A DNA stretch of 64,000 nt. Source: Podarcis vaucheri. Its lineage: Eukaryota. The stretch's first letter is position 1; each line of letters opens with the position of its first letter. Below are positions 1-11,330 of this stretch, one piece after another. The position numbers and the translations under genes are program-made. Below the pieces are notes generated by a model that saw only the letters and a program-made list of their open reading frames with translations, was not told the origin of the DNA and ran no database searches. The stretch lies in NCBI GenBank assembly GCA_965113315.1, contig OZ220363.1; one strand, 5' to 3'.

Positions 1-1779
1 GTTTTTTGACAATACAGCCTAAGAGACCAATAAGCCTGACATTTCAGCTCGCCCGAGAATTCTCTAAGGAAAATTTGACCATCCTTCAGGGAGGGTTCAT
101 GTTTCTGATTCTGCTCCAAGAAAACACAAAGCATATACTTGTTTATTTTGCATAAATGTATTACATTTGTAATATTTCTTTGCCAATATTTTAAAGGAAG
201 TTGAACAGGATGGGAAGAAAAGTGAGATCCTGGTTATGGGCAGGGAGTACCAGTGAGGAAGAGAAAAAAGGAAACCACAAAAGGAACTGAAACTTACAGT
301 GCACTCTATATATCAGGAGTAGCCAACATTGTACTGGGTAGGTGCTGCTGGACTCTAATGCCTACCATCCCTGATCTGGGGGGAGTTGCAGTCCAATTTT
401 GGGAGGGATTATTCCTTTGCTTTTAGATCAGGGGTGGGGAACCTCCAGGCTGAAGACCAGATTTTGACTGCCAAGGGTTCCAGTTTGGCCCAGAAGGCAG
501 TTCTCCCCAAATTACACCCACCTGCCCCATGACATCATATGTGGGGCAGGTAGAGACACAGACACCAATGCACACTGGGAGCCTTAAAGTGCATTCCTGA
601 CTGTGCATTGGTTAGGGAAAGCAGGCTTCAGCTCTACTGCCCAGATAGGTGAGAGCCAATGCTTCCCCTAGAGTTCCCTACAAGGAACTTGTTCATGCAG
701 CTGATGCCTGCAAAAAGTAGGATTCAGCTCTCCTGCCCATCAGCTGACTGGTGGAAGAATGGAAGCCTGCTTGTTGCAGGAATCAGCTGCCTGCTGCATT
801 GCCGTGGGGGGCTTATAGAGCTGCTTGCAAGCCCCGCACAGCAATCCAATTTCTGCTTTCCTGCCTATCAGAACCACATTACCGCTTCTGTGACACAAGA
901 TAACCCAAGGAGAAAGGACAGTGACTCTGCTGAGTTTCTTCCTCATTCTGTTGGTTGACCTGCCTGCCTACCCTGTAGCTGATTTCCTTCAACATTAGGG
1001 AAAAGTTGCAAGATGAGAAGAAAGACAGCAGAGGAGCTGCTCAGCTCCTAGGGGTGACAGAGGAAAAGAGCAGAGCTAGTTGTTATTAAACAGGCCAGTT
1101 TCTACATATGCAGCAAAAACATTTATTGATCACACATTTATCACCCATTCTTCAGTGGCTAACATACCAGAACCTATATATCCTCTCACAATATCACCAG
1201 TTACTTTTGGATTTACAGAGGCATACAGAGTCATCTGTATTCCAGGATCATATCTGATTTTGGCTCACTTGACTACAAGTTGGTCCCAGCCATGGAGCAA
1301 AATTTATCATCTCACTGCTCTGTTATATGTCTGGATTGATTTTTGAGATGTGTGAGAATAAAGTCCTTCACATCATCATATGCTGAAAATTCATCTGGCT
1401 GCTTGAAGAAACCATCAAGTGATCATTGCACTACAGTTTGTGATAACAAACACTGAGCTTGTGGTGCAGCTACAAGCTTTTCAACAGAAATGGTCCCATG
1501 CTGGTTGCCGGAAAAATGTTAAGTGCTGTTGGTGAGATAAATACTAAAGTCTGATTCTCACAACTTACATATTTTTCAGCCTGACTCAAGCAGGATTGAC
1601 AGTAAAACATCTATGTGGTTTACACACAAGTTAAAAAACAGTTTGCGTTAATTGACCCTAACTTGTTCATTATGGTTTGAATGATCATAGCCAACAAACC
1701 ACTTCATTAGATGTATGAATTTTGCTGAGAAAGTTGTAAAGCAGAACACAAGTTACCCACATAGTTTTGCTGCTCTCAC

Positions 1780-1841
1780 CTTTTCCAGCTTGCTATCCTG
1801 TTGCAAGCAGAAGCCTCTTTCCAGCAAGCTGGTGGAAGTTC
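1780..1841 (-). CDS. ZNF408: ZNF408 coding exon 3 (62 nt)
   Basis: Acceptor ccttactctcacgtttcag|, donor AAG|GTGAGA; [20 protein letters not shown] aligns to human [20 protein letters not shown]. Confidence 0.8.
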
Positions 1842-4800
1842 CTGAAACGTGAGAGTAAGGGGAGTCCCAGTTAGAGAGGTATTTTAATTCCCACAGGCAG
1901 ATCTTAAGCCCAGAACTAATGGGCTAGCTGTCCTTTTCACCTGAGGGTCAATTCAACAATCAAGCTGGCATATTAAGAATGAGTGTGGTGGCCTATGCCC
2001 TCAGGGCCAACATACATAGAATGTAGGAAATATGCTGTGAGGTCTTCCAATGTCTTTTTATTTACTTGAGAGCAGCTATGCACTCTCATCTGGACCACAG
2101 CCTTCACACTGTTTCCTCTGTTGAAATTAACATCCTAAGTTTAAATGCACAGCTCACATCCTCTAGCAGCTGTGCCTTCAGTACTGTGGGCCCAATTTTA
2201 TGGAACTCCCTTCTATTTGAGGTCAGACAATCTTCCTCCCTGTTGAACATTGGGTGCCTACTGAGGAGTTTTTATTCTGGCAGACATTTAAATGAAATTG
2301 ACTGATTTATGGTTTCAACTCATTTTTATCTTTATTGTATTACACTATTGTACTTTATTTAAGAGACTACCGTAATTAAGCAATACATAAATTGTCAAAA
2401 TAAAAATAAATGAATGAGCTGTTGTTTGCCCTCCAGGAGGTGGAGAGGAAGTCAGGTAATGTCAGGGGCCCCTCGGTCCTATCAGGATTGGGCACCTGGA
2501 GGTGGAGGGTGTGGGTCGTCTCCATGCAACTTTACAGTGGTGCCTCGCAAGATGAAATTAATCCGTTCCGCGAGTCTCTTGGTCTAGCAGTTTTTTCGTC
2601 TTGCAAAGCAACCCTATTAGTGGCTTAGCGGCTATTAAAGGCTTAGTGGCTTAAAGGCTATTAGTGGTTTAGCAGCTTAGAAAAAAAATCGGAACACTCG
2701 CAAGACGTTTTCGTCTTGCAAAGCAAGCCCATAGGGAAATTCGTCTTGCGAAGCAGCTCAAAAATGGAAAACCCTTTCGTCTAGCGGGTTTTCCATCTTG
2801 CGAGGCATTCGTCTTGCGGGGCACCACTGTATATGTCAGAAAAGGGGAAACAAAGCTACATCCTCTTAGCTCTTGCCACCTCTCCTCTTGAGAAATGCAG
2901 ATAATCATTAGGGAGGGAGGACGACTCTGACTAGCCAGACTAGCTGAGCAAGAGCGGCTCGAGGGACAGGGGCAGGACAGTCTTGTGGCCACCAACCCAG
3001 TACCACTTTTGTAGGTGGGATCAGCTGCATCTGCCCCAGAGAAGCACACGTGTGCACGCGCAGCTGGCTAGTGAGGCAAGACAGTCTCGTGAGTGAACAT
3101 ACTCCATCTAGTCTTTTTAAAACTTGGTGGGAGGGGTGTGACAACCATTGGGACATTTTCTAGCGTCATTCATATAATCAAGAATTGTAGAGTTGGAAGG
3201 GAACTCGAGGGCCATCTGGTCCACCTCTCTGCAATGCAGGAATCTTTTGTCCAGTGTGGGGCTCGAACCCACAACCCTGAGATTAAGAGTCTCATGCTCT
3301 ACCAACTCAGTTATTCAGTTCTAAATCACTTATCTTGCTCTTGTAACTTGAACTCTTTACGACTGAACCTGTGCTTGCTGCTAGCCTGAGTAAAGATCGC
3401 TTCCTTACTATGAAGTAAGCACTGTGTGATTTCAATCATGGAAATAAGGGGAAAGAGTCAATCATCTTCCCTAAGCACTGCAGTATGTTTTTTTTAGCTA
3501 TTAAAAAAATAATCCCAAAATACAGTGATTGCTACTATATCACATACAGTTCAGCCATCAGATCTACAGTAACAATTATTGGTAACTACTGTAATTCAAC
3601 ACATGTTCAACTGAGTTGTCAGAAATGGGATGAGCTTAGATTATTATTTGTAATACTACTACTACTACTTGTAAAGTCACTTTGGGGAAATATAGCCAGG
3701 TGGTGAACTGTTTGCCTATAGAGCTTCAGCAGCTACAAACTATCCCCCCATTTTCATTCAGTTGTAGTAAATACTTGCCTCGCTAGATGGCCTGATACTA
3801 CAGATGACCAACTCTCCCTACACAGTTGCGGTCACTCTGCAGTGACCTTTTAAGCAGCTGGGGGTAGTGCGCAGTAGTGGCTAGACTATGTAGGAGACCA
3901 AATGTTAAAACTGCTCAGATAATAGAGGAGTAAGTGGCCTTGAGCAACAATAACTTTCAGTGCCCCTTCACAGAATTGTTGAGTGGATAAAAATGTGTCT
4001 GACTGTAAGTTGTCTTGAGTACTTACTAGTAAAGTGGAATATAAACTAAGCAGACATCATGCCACATTCAGTCAGTTTCAACCCATGCAAGGAGCAGGGA
4101 TATGCCAAGTGAGGGCTGAGTTGTGTGCATGATGGAGCAGATACATGAATGCTTCATGAAGGAGGGAGAGAGAAACTTCACCTTTGAAGCACATTCTCAA
4201 TGGGACAACTAAGTAACATGAAGTGACTACAGTTCAGACTTCTATAGACAGAAAGAGGAAACTGTGGCACCAGAGCTAGATGTGTGTGCAGTTATCTTAT
4301 AACATGAAAAACCTTGCTAGTTTGGACAAAAGGTCCCTCTAGCTCAGCATTCTAACAAGTCTGATATGAGGGCAATAGCCCACTCTGTGATGGTATTCAG
4401 TGGCATTCAGAAGCCGAAACACTGTGGCTAATAACCATTGGTATTTATTCCCCATGAACTTTTTAAATCATCTTTTAATGTCATCTAAGCTAGTGGACAC
4501 CATATAGTGTGACAATGAATTCTGCATATTAATTATGTAAGTACAGAAGTACTTCCTTTTCTATGCCGTTTTGTTAGCTTACTGGGAAGCTCTAGCATCA
4601 TGAGAGAGGGGGAAATGCCTTCTATCCCCTTTCTCCCACCCATGCGCAGGTGTCAAGGATACCAGAAACCAATAAAAACTATTTTTTTGGCCACCCAAAA
4701 GTGACTAGATAACACTAAGACCAGGACAGCTGCACTTTGAAGAGAGAAATTGGGCAAGCAGGCTGCTTTCTTAACTGGTGGATAGAACAAGCTACGCCTG

Positions 4801-5244
4801 CCAGAATCCCTTCTCCCGGCAACCGAGAAGGGTCGGGCGTCTAGATGTGGTTGGCCGGGCAGGGGCGCCCCCACCGGCCTGAGGGCTCTGACTGGAGGCC
4901 CAAACTTGCCCGCCCATCGCTCACCGCCTCCTGCTCCTCTTCCTCCGGACCAAGCAGGAGCAGCAGCGCCCCCGGCTGCAAGGGGCTCCCCACACACCAC
5001 ACCCCAAGGCCCCTCTCGGCGGACAGGGAAGGGCCCAGGGCTAAGCCCCGCGGAAGGCTCCACACTGGGCAGCAGGACCAGCCACCGCCGCCGCGCGCGT
5101 CCGGGGGCCGACCTGAAAGGGAAGCAGAGACACGAAAGGGACGGTGAGAGCAGTCAAGGACGCGGGGCAGCAAGCGCCCTCCGCTCCCTCCCGTCTCCCG
5201 AAAGACACCCGCTCGCCCTCACTCTGGCCGGGGCTCTGCTCCAT
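1780..5244 (-). CDS. ZNF408: ZNF408 (PRDM17) zinc finger protein, 5' part only: coding exons 5244-5223, 5112-4925, 1841-1780; remaining exons (C2H2 fingers) lie left of the window
   Basis: Spliced translation [90 protein letters not shown] matches the human ZNF408 N-terminus as I recall it ([26 protein letters not shown]; W...CAC....W.S). GT-AG junctions are phase-consistent (1, 0, 2). Head-to-head with ARHGAP1 as in human. Confidence 0.88.
2160..2410 (+). mobile_element. L2/CR1-group LINE 3' end fragment
   Basis: [13 protein letters not shown] resembles the L2 ORF2 C-terminal AFS.A.P.LWNSLP motif; T-rich UTR and AATAAA-rich tail. Confidence 0.55.
2535..2829 (-). mobile_element. Tc1/mariner-type MITE (CAGTGGTGCCYCGCAAGA TIR family)
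   Basis: TA TSD on both sides, TIRs, internal CGCAAGACGA repeats; opposite orientation to the 22115/27738/48373 copies. Confidence 0.85.
3170..3320 (-). mobile_element. tRNA-Lys(CTT)-derived SINE with CR1-like 3' tail
   Basis: Minus strand GTTGGTAGAGCATGAGACTCTTAATCTCAGGGTTGTGGGTTCGAGCCCCAC (tRNA-Lys core, decayed acceptor stem) fused to ...CCCTTCCAACTCTACAATTCTTGATT (CR1-type tail). Confidence 0.8.
4925..5112 (-). CDS. ZNF408: ZNF408 coding exon 2
   Basis: Acceptor tctctgcttccctttcag|, donor GCG|GTGAGC; encodes [30 protein letters not shown] (ORF 4841..5173). Confidence 0.88.
5223..5244 (-). CDS. ZNF408: ZNF408 coding exon 1 (MEQSPGQ+1 nt)
   Basis: ATG at 5244-5242 (GTTATGG); donor A|GTGAGG at 5222; phase 1 matches the acceptor at 5113. 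Confidence 0.7.
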
Positions 5245-5379
5245 AACGGCTCCTGGGCGGAACGTTCCGCGCAGCGCGCCGTGTTTGCGCCCGGACAGCT
5301 TTTCCTTTTCTCTCGCCGGCCTTTCCCCGAGGAGGCGGGAGCGTGTTGCCACGGAGACTCGTCCTTTTTTCCGGTTCGG

Positions 5380-5545
5380 AGGCGGATGTTTGTGAAAGGG
5401 GGGTTTGACAGGCGGGAGTGGCGGCTGCTGGCGAGCGGAGGAGCGCTCAGGGAGCGCGCAGCGCAGGAACTCCGTACTGGGCGCGCGTCGTCGGGGCTGC
5501 ATCTCTTCCCTTCCCCCCATCGCGCACACCTTCATGAGATAAACA
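5380..5545 (+). other. ARHGAP1: ARHGAP1 probable non-coding exon 1 (start approximate)
   Basis: Donor ACA|GTGAGT at 5546 inside the CpG island; the TSS cannot be determined from sequence alone. Confidence 0.55.
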
Positions 5546-8500
5546 GTGAGTGGAGGCCCAGGCGCCTCTTCGAGGGCGGGGCTCCTTCTGGGTTTATTCT
5601 CCTGCTTATTGGGGGTGGGGGGAAGCGGGGGGCTGGGGACAAAGTTGAGGGAGGGCGCATGCGTCGACTCCAGCCTCAGCGTGACTTTCGGTGGGAAGGA
5701 GGGAGGTCTCTTGTCAAGCGGGGGCCGCTACCAGGCTTCTGGGCTGGGCTTCTGTCTCGACCCTCCCACAATCCCCGTGGGTGTCGTCGTTCTCAGGGCT
5801 GCCAGGTTCAGATCTATGTCAGATTTTGGAAGACGCCCCCCCCGTTCCCTCAGCAACCCAAGGGGCCCCCATGCCTTTGTTGTTAAGGAGCCCCCCCGCC
5901 CTCGGTGCTTTCCTGGAGATCTTTTTTGGTGCTGGCAGTGGAGGTGCCTACACTGGGGAGGCTTTTAGGAGTGTGCGCGTGCGTGCAGGTGCTTAAAGGC
6001 GGCGGGGGTGGGGGGAGATGGGAAACGTTCGTTTACGTTAAAGTGAACTGATTTTAGGACCCAAACCCTTGCCACCTGTGCACACTTTTTTTGGGGGGGG
6101 AATACTTGCAATTTGGGAAATACTTGCAACTTAGTTAAGCAGGGGTAGTAAGGTCAAGGGGTTGTGGGTTGCTTAAAAGTAAACATATAAAGACTTTCCC
6201 GCTGCAAAAATAGTGACAGAACTCCCCATTTCTATTGAATGGGGCTTGTCAGAGTAGTGTCGGATGACTGCATGTTGGCCTCCTGTCCCTTACGCAGAAG
6301 GGTGCTGGAGTGAATTGTGATGTCTCCACTGCCATGTGTATGAAGCTGTTGGGTTCCACTAGGGACCCCATTTGTCCCATGGAGTTAAGCGTATGCTGAT
6401 GGTACTCCATTTCTCTGTTACACCTGAATCAAGTGTGACTGTGGAAGCCCGGGATGAGTATGTGGTATGCACAGGAAGTGGGGATGAATCCTGTTAAGAC
6501 CAAGGCCCTGTAAGTGACTAGCTCTGTGCATGGATTTTTTCTGGACCAGGGTTCTACTCCCTCTGCTGGAACTGGAATGTTATATGGGGGTGCTCCTTGA
6601 TCATTCTTTGTTTCTGGGGAAACAAATGACCTCAGTGGCTAAGGGTTACTTTTGCCACCTTGTACTCTTGCACTAGCTGTGACCATTCTTGGACCAGTGC
6701 AGCAAAGCTACAGTGACCCATGCATTGGTAAGCTCAACTGCTCAAGCTCAACTGCATTATGGCAGTTTGGTCCATGTGGGACTGGCCTTAAGGCTGGTTT
6801 GGAAGTTGCAGCATATAACATCTGTGTTGAGGGACTTGTGCTGCTGAGCGAAGTTGAAGGTTTCATTATACCTACATATTCCTAAACTTAAGGGGAAAAA
6901 GTTTGAGAGACTGCCTTCTCACATATAGATGTATCTGTTTGCTAAGGTCTTCAGAGAAGGCCCTATCACTTATGCTGTGGCCCACAGAGACTTACCTCAT
7001 GTTAAGCTGGAAGAGGGCCTTCCCCTTTTTGGCCTCCAGCCTGTGAGATGTACCTACTGTGGTGAGCTTTCATCTGCTGTTAAAAACACAGCTACCTTAT
7101 TTGAGGCTTCCCTGGCCTCTGATACAATGATGTGTTTGTGTTATGTTTCTTTTATCGGACTGTTTCTATTGTATATAGAATTGCTTTGTTACACTGAATT
7201 ATTTTGTTGCACTCCATCTTGATATTTTAAAGAGGTGGTATGTAACTATTTTAATTTAAACTTTCAAAGTTTCTGGAGCCCTTTTGGGGTTTTAATCTGG
7301 TAATTCTAAATGTATGCTTTGCTAGTTTCAATAAATCATCTCACAGAAACTGCTTTATCCTGCTTTTATCAGGATTCTTACATCATGCTTCTGTGGTAAA
7401 TGTAACCCCACAAATACTTGAGTCTACTGCATAAGGCTTTGTGGCCCATCACAAGATTGTCACTAGGGCTTTGTGGTTTACATATTTGAGCTGGAAAGAA
7501 AGGGGGAGTTGTATAGTTCTGTAAAGGAGAAAGAGTGGGAAGTGTGGGATGTGGTAGGGGCTCAGTAAAACCAGAGAGGTGTGATAGCACTTGTTTAAGG
7601 AGAAATCATTATTTATTGTGTTTTGGTTCATGCATGTCCATAAACAGAGCATTGAACTAGGATGAAGCCACTTATCAGATTATTATGTCTGACTTGTGAA
7701 GAGCATTCTGAAGAAGGAAATATGACAGGAATGCCCACTTTCATGACAAATTTGTGCTTTGAGATAATGAGTGAAAGAAATTAGAGGGATTATGTAGCCT
7801 GCTTGGAAGTCTTTGATGTTCAGCTGTTCCTGCTGAACAAAAGCAGTCAAATTTAAAGTTCTTTGGTTTAAATGAAATGTTTGAGATTATTCTATGCATC
7901 TATGTTTTCATGTCCTTTGAGCTTGCAGTAAAAAAGTTAAAGCAAATAGACAGAATTATCCTGGAAGCAGGGTAAGTATGTGCGTTAAACATGTGGCACA
8001 ATTCTTCCCCATCCCCCACCCCATGATTGAATTTGTGTAACATTTCCAGAGTCTCAGTGTAAGCTCAGCAGCTGGAAAAGGTTGGCTGAGGCAGGGCTGA
8101 GTAGTCAGGTTTATGATCTGACCGGAAAGGTGTGGTGTCTTTTTAGTTCTGTCACCTAACTCAGTTCTGGGAGTTCAGCAGATTGCGTTGTTCAGTGAGT
8201 GTATCCTGTTTGATTTGAGCTGGTAGCTTCTGAGGGGAGAGAGGATCTGAGGGAGGGACTACCTTGGCTTAACTCTTCTCCCTCCCCTTGAGGCTGACAA
8301 CAGTGTTGGCTAGGTAAACGTAATGGCTGCCTTTCTTTATCGTACTAAAATATGGATAAAATTAAGTGGATTTCACAATCAATGCAGCACTGGAGGCCCA
8401 AACAGCTGTAGTGGACACTTCTATATTGAGTCAGCAGGGTTGTTGATAATATGAAAGAAATAGGGTGTGATGTTCCCATGACCTAAAAGCAGGAATCTTA

Positions 8501-8599
8501 ACTCACCAGCTGTTAAAACTATGATTAGTTGAAAACCTCTCTTGCAGTTAATATCTTCAGAGAGATCCCTTTTCCAGTTATCATTTAAGTAAATTTGGT

Positions 8600-9780
8600 T
8601 TATGTAAGTATGTAACAAGTTGTTATAACACTGCATCTATGGAATAGTTTCCCTGTGGAGATTTGCTGTACAGCAACACATAAATGAGGGTCAGAGTAGG
8701 TTTAAATGGTGGTGTGACTGATGCTTTTAGAATGTTGCGAGGAGTGAAGCAAGGTTGCATTATGGCTCCCACTCCTTTTAGCATTTATATGAATGATTTG
8801 GTGCCGTATTGAGGCAGTGCAAATGCCCCTCTCTGGTAAGGAACAATCTCAATCTTGATGTATGCAGATGATTTAGTGCTCCTCTCTCATTGCCGATTGG
8901 GTCTCAAAAAGCTCCTGGAGGTGTTCAGCTCATACAATAAATTGGGAAGCCTATCCATAAAACACTCTAAGACCAAGATTATGCTTTTTGGCAAACACAG
9001 TCCTAGGCAGTGCTATTTAGAAAAAGAGGTGCCAGAACTCACTATGAACACCTCCCTTGTTCTTATAATGACAATGATGCCCACCTGAAAGGTGTGGGAC
9101 CAAGTTCTGGTGAATTCTGACTTTAAAAAGTGCCCTGGTTCTAGGTATAAATGGTGCTTAGATCAGAAAGCTACAGAACACACTTGCTCATTTAGATACC
9201 ATACCTGGGCCTACTCTTTAGTGAAACCCTCTTTTGGAAGTGCCATATGGAGGCAGTGGAAGCCAAAGCACAAAAAACCATAGCGGCATTGATGAAGTTC
9301 TGTTACAATAAGGGAGGGAAACTGATTGAACCTGCTGTAAAAATATTTGGTAACAAACCACTTATTCAGATCCTCTTTGTAGCATTGAAATATGTGGCTT
9401 TGATTCAACTCCATTAAAGTTTTGGAAATTGCGCAGAATGTTCTCCCCCCCCCCCCAGCTATACTCTCTACAAACAGGAATATCAGCAGCTCATCCTCAT
9501 AAAGAACCAGTTAAGGCAAGAGTGGGTAGTTAAAGTATATTTTTAAAAATACTACTATGCCTGTTGAGAGTTTTCCTGTACTGTGCTGTATGGAATTGGA
9601 TGAAAACCAACTCTGGAAAGCAGCTTGTCAAGAAGTTTTAGATCATTATTGTTTTCTAGAACTGAGCTCTGCTTTGACCTTGAATAAGTGTCAACTAAGG
9701 GATTGGCTCTGCTGGATAGAATCCAGAAAGGACCTGCAGCTAATTAGAAATACCACATTCTCTCCCCGCACCCCCCGGTA
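8600..9780 (+). mobile_element. Degenerate non-LTR retrotransposon (LINE) reverse-transcriptase fragment, clade uncertain
   Basis: RGVKQGC (8738-8758) and MYADDLVLLS...GLKKLL...KTKIMLFG motifs with stops and frameshifts; boundaries approximate. Confidence 0.78.
9008..9137. mobile_element. hAT-type MITE nested in a LINE fragment
   Basis: 8-bp TSD GTCCTAGG (9000-9007) / GTTCTAGG (9138-9145); homologous to 21245-21357. Confidence 0.7.
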
Positions 9781-11049
9781 TCCACTCTTGATAACTATTG
9801 TGAAGCATAGATTGGAAAAAGCCTACTGCTAAATAATACAACAAATGAACGGCCATGGTATATGAAGCTTAGGGTGCTTCAAATGTAACACCAACCATAA
9901 TTTGGTGTTATGAGAATGTAGTATCATTTTCAGGCAAATGGAAATAATGGTTTTCCAGTTTGGATGAAAAAGCAAGCCAGCTAAGTTTCAGTCCTGATTT
10001 TCAGTAATCAGTTACTGATTTTCAGGAATCAGTAATTTACAAGGGTAGGAGAATGTGCAAGTCAAAGACTCCTCGGGCATTCTTACATTCCTGAATGTAA
10101 ACCCATGGTTGAATAACCCATTAAAGTTGTTCAGATCTCAGTGATGTTTGTCACATGGGGCAAAAATGAAGTAGAAACACCACAAAGTCTATATGGCAAG
10201 GCTGTGGAATTTTCAACACAATATTCAGCAGTCAGATTCAACCATAATCTAAAGTCCTTTAACATCTCATGCCTCAGGAATGGTGAGCCTGTGACCTTTC
10301 AGACGTTGTTGGACTCTAACCTTCATCTTATCCAGCCAGCATTGTCAATGATCAGGAATGATAGGAACTGTAATCCTACAACCAAAGGGTCACAGGTTCA
10401 CCATTCCTAGAGCATGGGATGTTAAAGGAGTCTAGATTATGGTTGAGTCTGAACGCTGAATATTGTGAGTAGGTGGAGTCTTGCACAACTCTTTTATTTT
10501 GCTGACTTTTGTGTAAAAGCATTTAGATCTGGATCAGATTTTTAAATGAATAGGCATATTTAGCTACAACACAACCTGACACTAGGGAAAATGAGATTTC
10601 AAAAAATATTTTCACTGTGTCTGCCTCCAAATGGAGAACAGACCTAGCTGAAAGGTCCAGAGTAAGAGGAGTTATTTCATAATATGATAGGAAGAATTAA
10701 GATATGCTTAACTCTCTGCTAGAAGTAGGATCAGTCTCCACTGAACACTCAAGTTTTTTAGGTGGTATGAAATTTGACTATAGTGTTTGGTCTGTGGTGG
10801 TCATTTCAGTAAGCTTCTCAGTCTAGTGATACCAACCTTTTTTTGGACCTATGGGTACACATAAATTGGATAAACTGTTGAGAGTGTCACACACCTCATC
10901 CAAATGCACACCACATGTTCTGTTAGCTACAATCGGAGTCCTTTTTTAAAGCTTAACTTAGCAGGGTAAGGTGCTCCAGGGAAGGCTTCTGTCGGTGTAT
11001 GTGCACACCCAGGAACCACATTGGTGATCCCAGTTCTAAGTCATCAAGT

Positions 11050-11330
11050 GAGGAAAATGTATATGTAAATTCGTCCATAAAGCTGTATAAACAAATACCA
11101 CATGAGTTTTGTCCACCAGAATCCCAAATACCCAGTACTCCAAATTCTTTCCCATCCACTAGTTTGGCAATGTCTACATTCAACAACCAGTTTTCCATGT
11201 TCAGCAAGAGTCTTCTTTCTGTACATGGGATGTAAAAATAATAAATTCTCCTGCTAAAAAGAATATCAGTAGCATATCTACCGCATAGAGCTCATAACTT
11301 ATTCTTAAGTGCTTTGCTAGTGCAGATCTG
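11050..11330 (-). mobile_element. Very degenerate LINE apurinic-endonuclease fragment
   Basis: Minus strand GATATTCTTTTTAGCAGGAG resembles a frameshifted DIL(F)LQE, followed by W.SGG.NSCG-like sequence. Confidence 0.4.

Larger units (their letters stand above)
4790..6020. promoter_or_regulatory. CpG island / bidirectional promoter shared by ZNF408 (-) and ARHGAP1 (+)
   Basis: Abrupt GC/CpG enrichment. ZNF408 ATG at 5244 and a + strand donor GTGAGT at 5546. RFX X-box-like GTTGCCACGGAGAC at 5345-5358, palindrome GCGGAACGTTCCGC at 5257-5270, G-run cluster at 5611-5638. Confidence 0.85.

Noticed and set aside
1-1779. ZNF408 exon 4 and zinc-finger exon
   Set aside because: The candidate minus-strand acceptors I checked (near 1048 and 1611) give stops in the required phase, and no C2H2 motifs are seen. 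These exons probably lie left of the window.
3248-3320. Functional tRNA-Lys(CTT) gene
   Set aside because: The acceptor and D stems are mutated, and the sequence runs directly into a CR1-like tail, so it is a SINE head.
4906-5886. 326-aa + strand ORF and other long ORFs in both CpG islands
   Set aside because: These are stop-poor GC-rich artifacts with low-complexity P/G/R composition and no recognisable domain; this one overlaps real ZNF408 exons on the other strand.
10953-11207. Minus-strand ORF with VDGKEFGVLGIWDSGGQ, resembling the Rho GTPase switch-II region (VDGKQVELALWDTAGQ), inside a RhoGAP gene
   Set aside because: There is no P-loop (GxxxxGKT), effector loop or NKxD nearby in the frames examined. 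Upstream bases read as a frameshifted DILFLQE, so a decayed LINE endonuclease is the simpler explanation. A BLASTx or HMM search of 10900-11500 would settle it.
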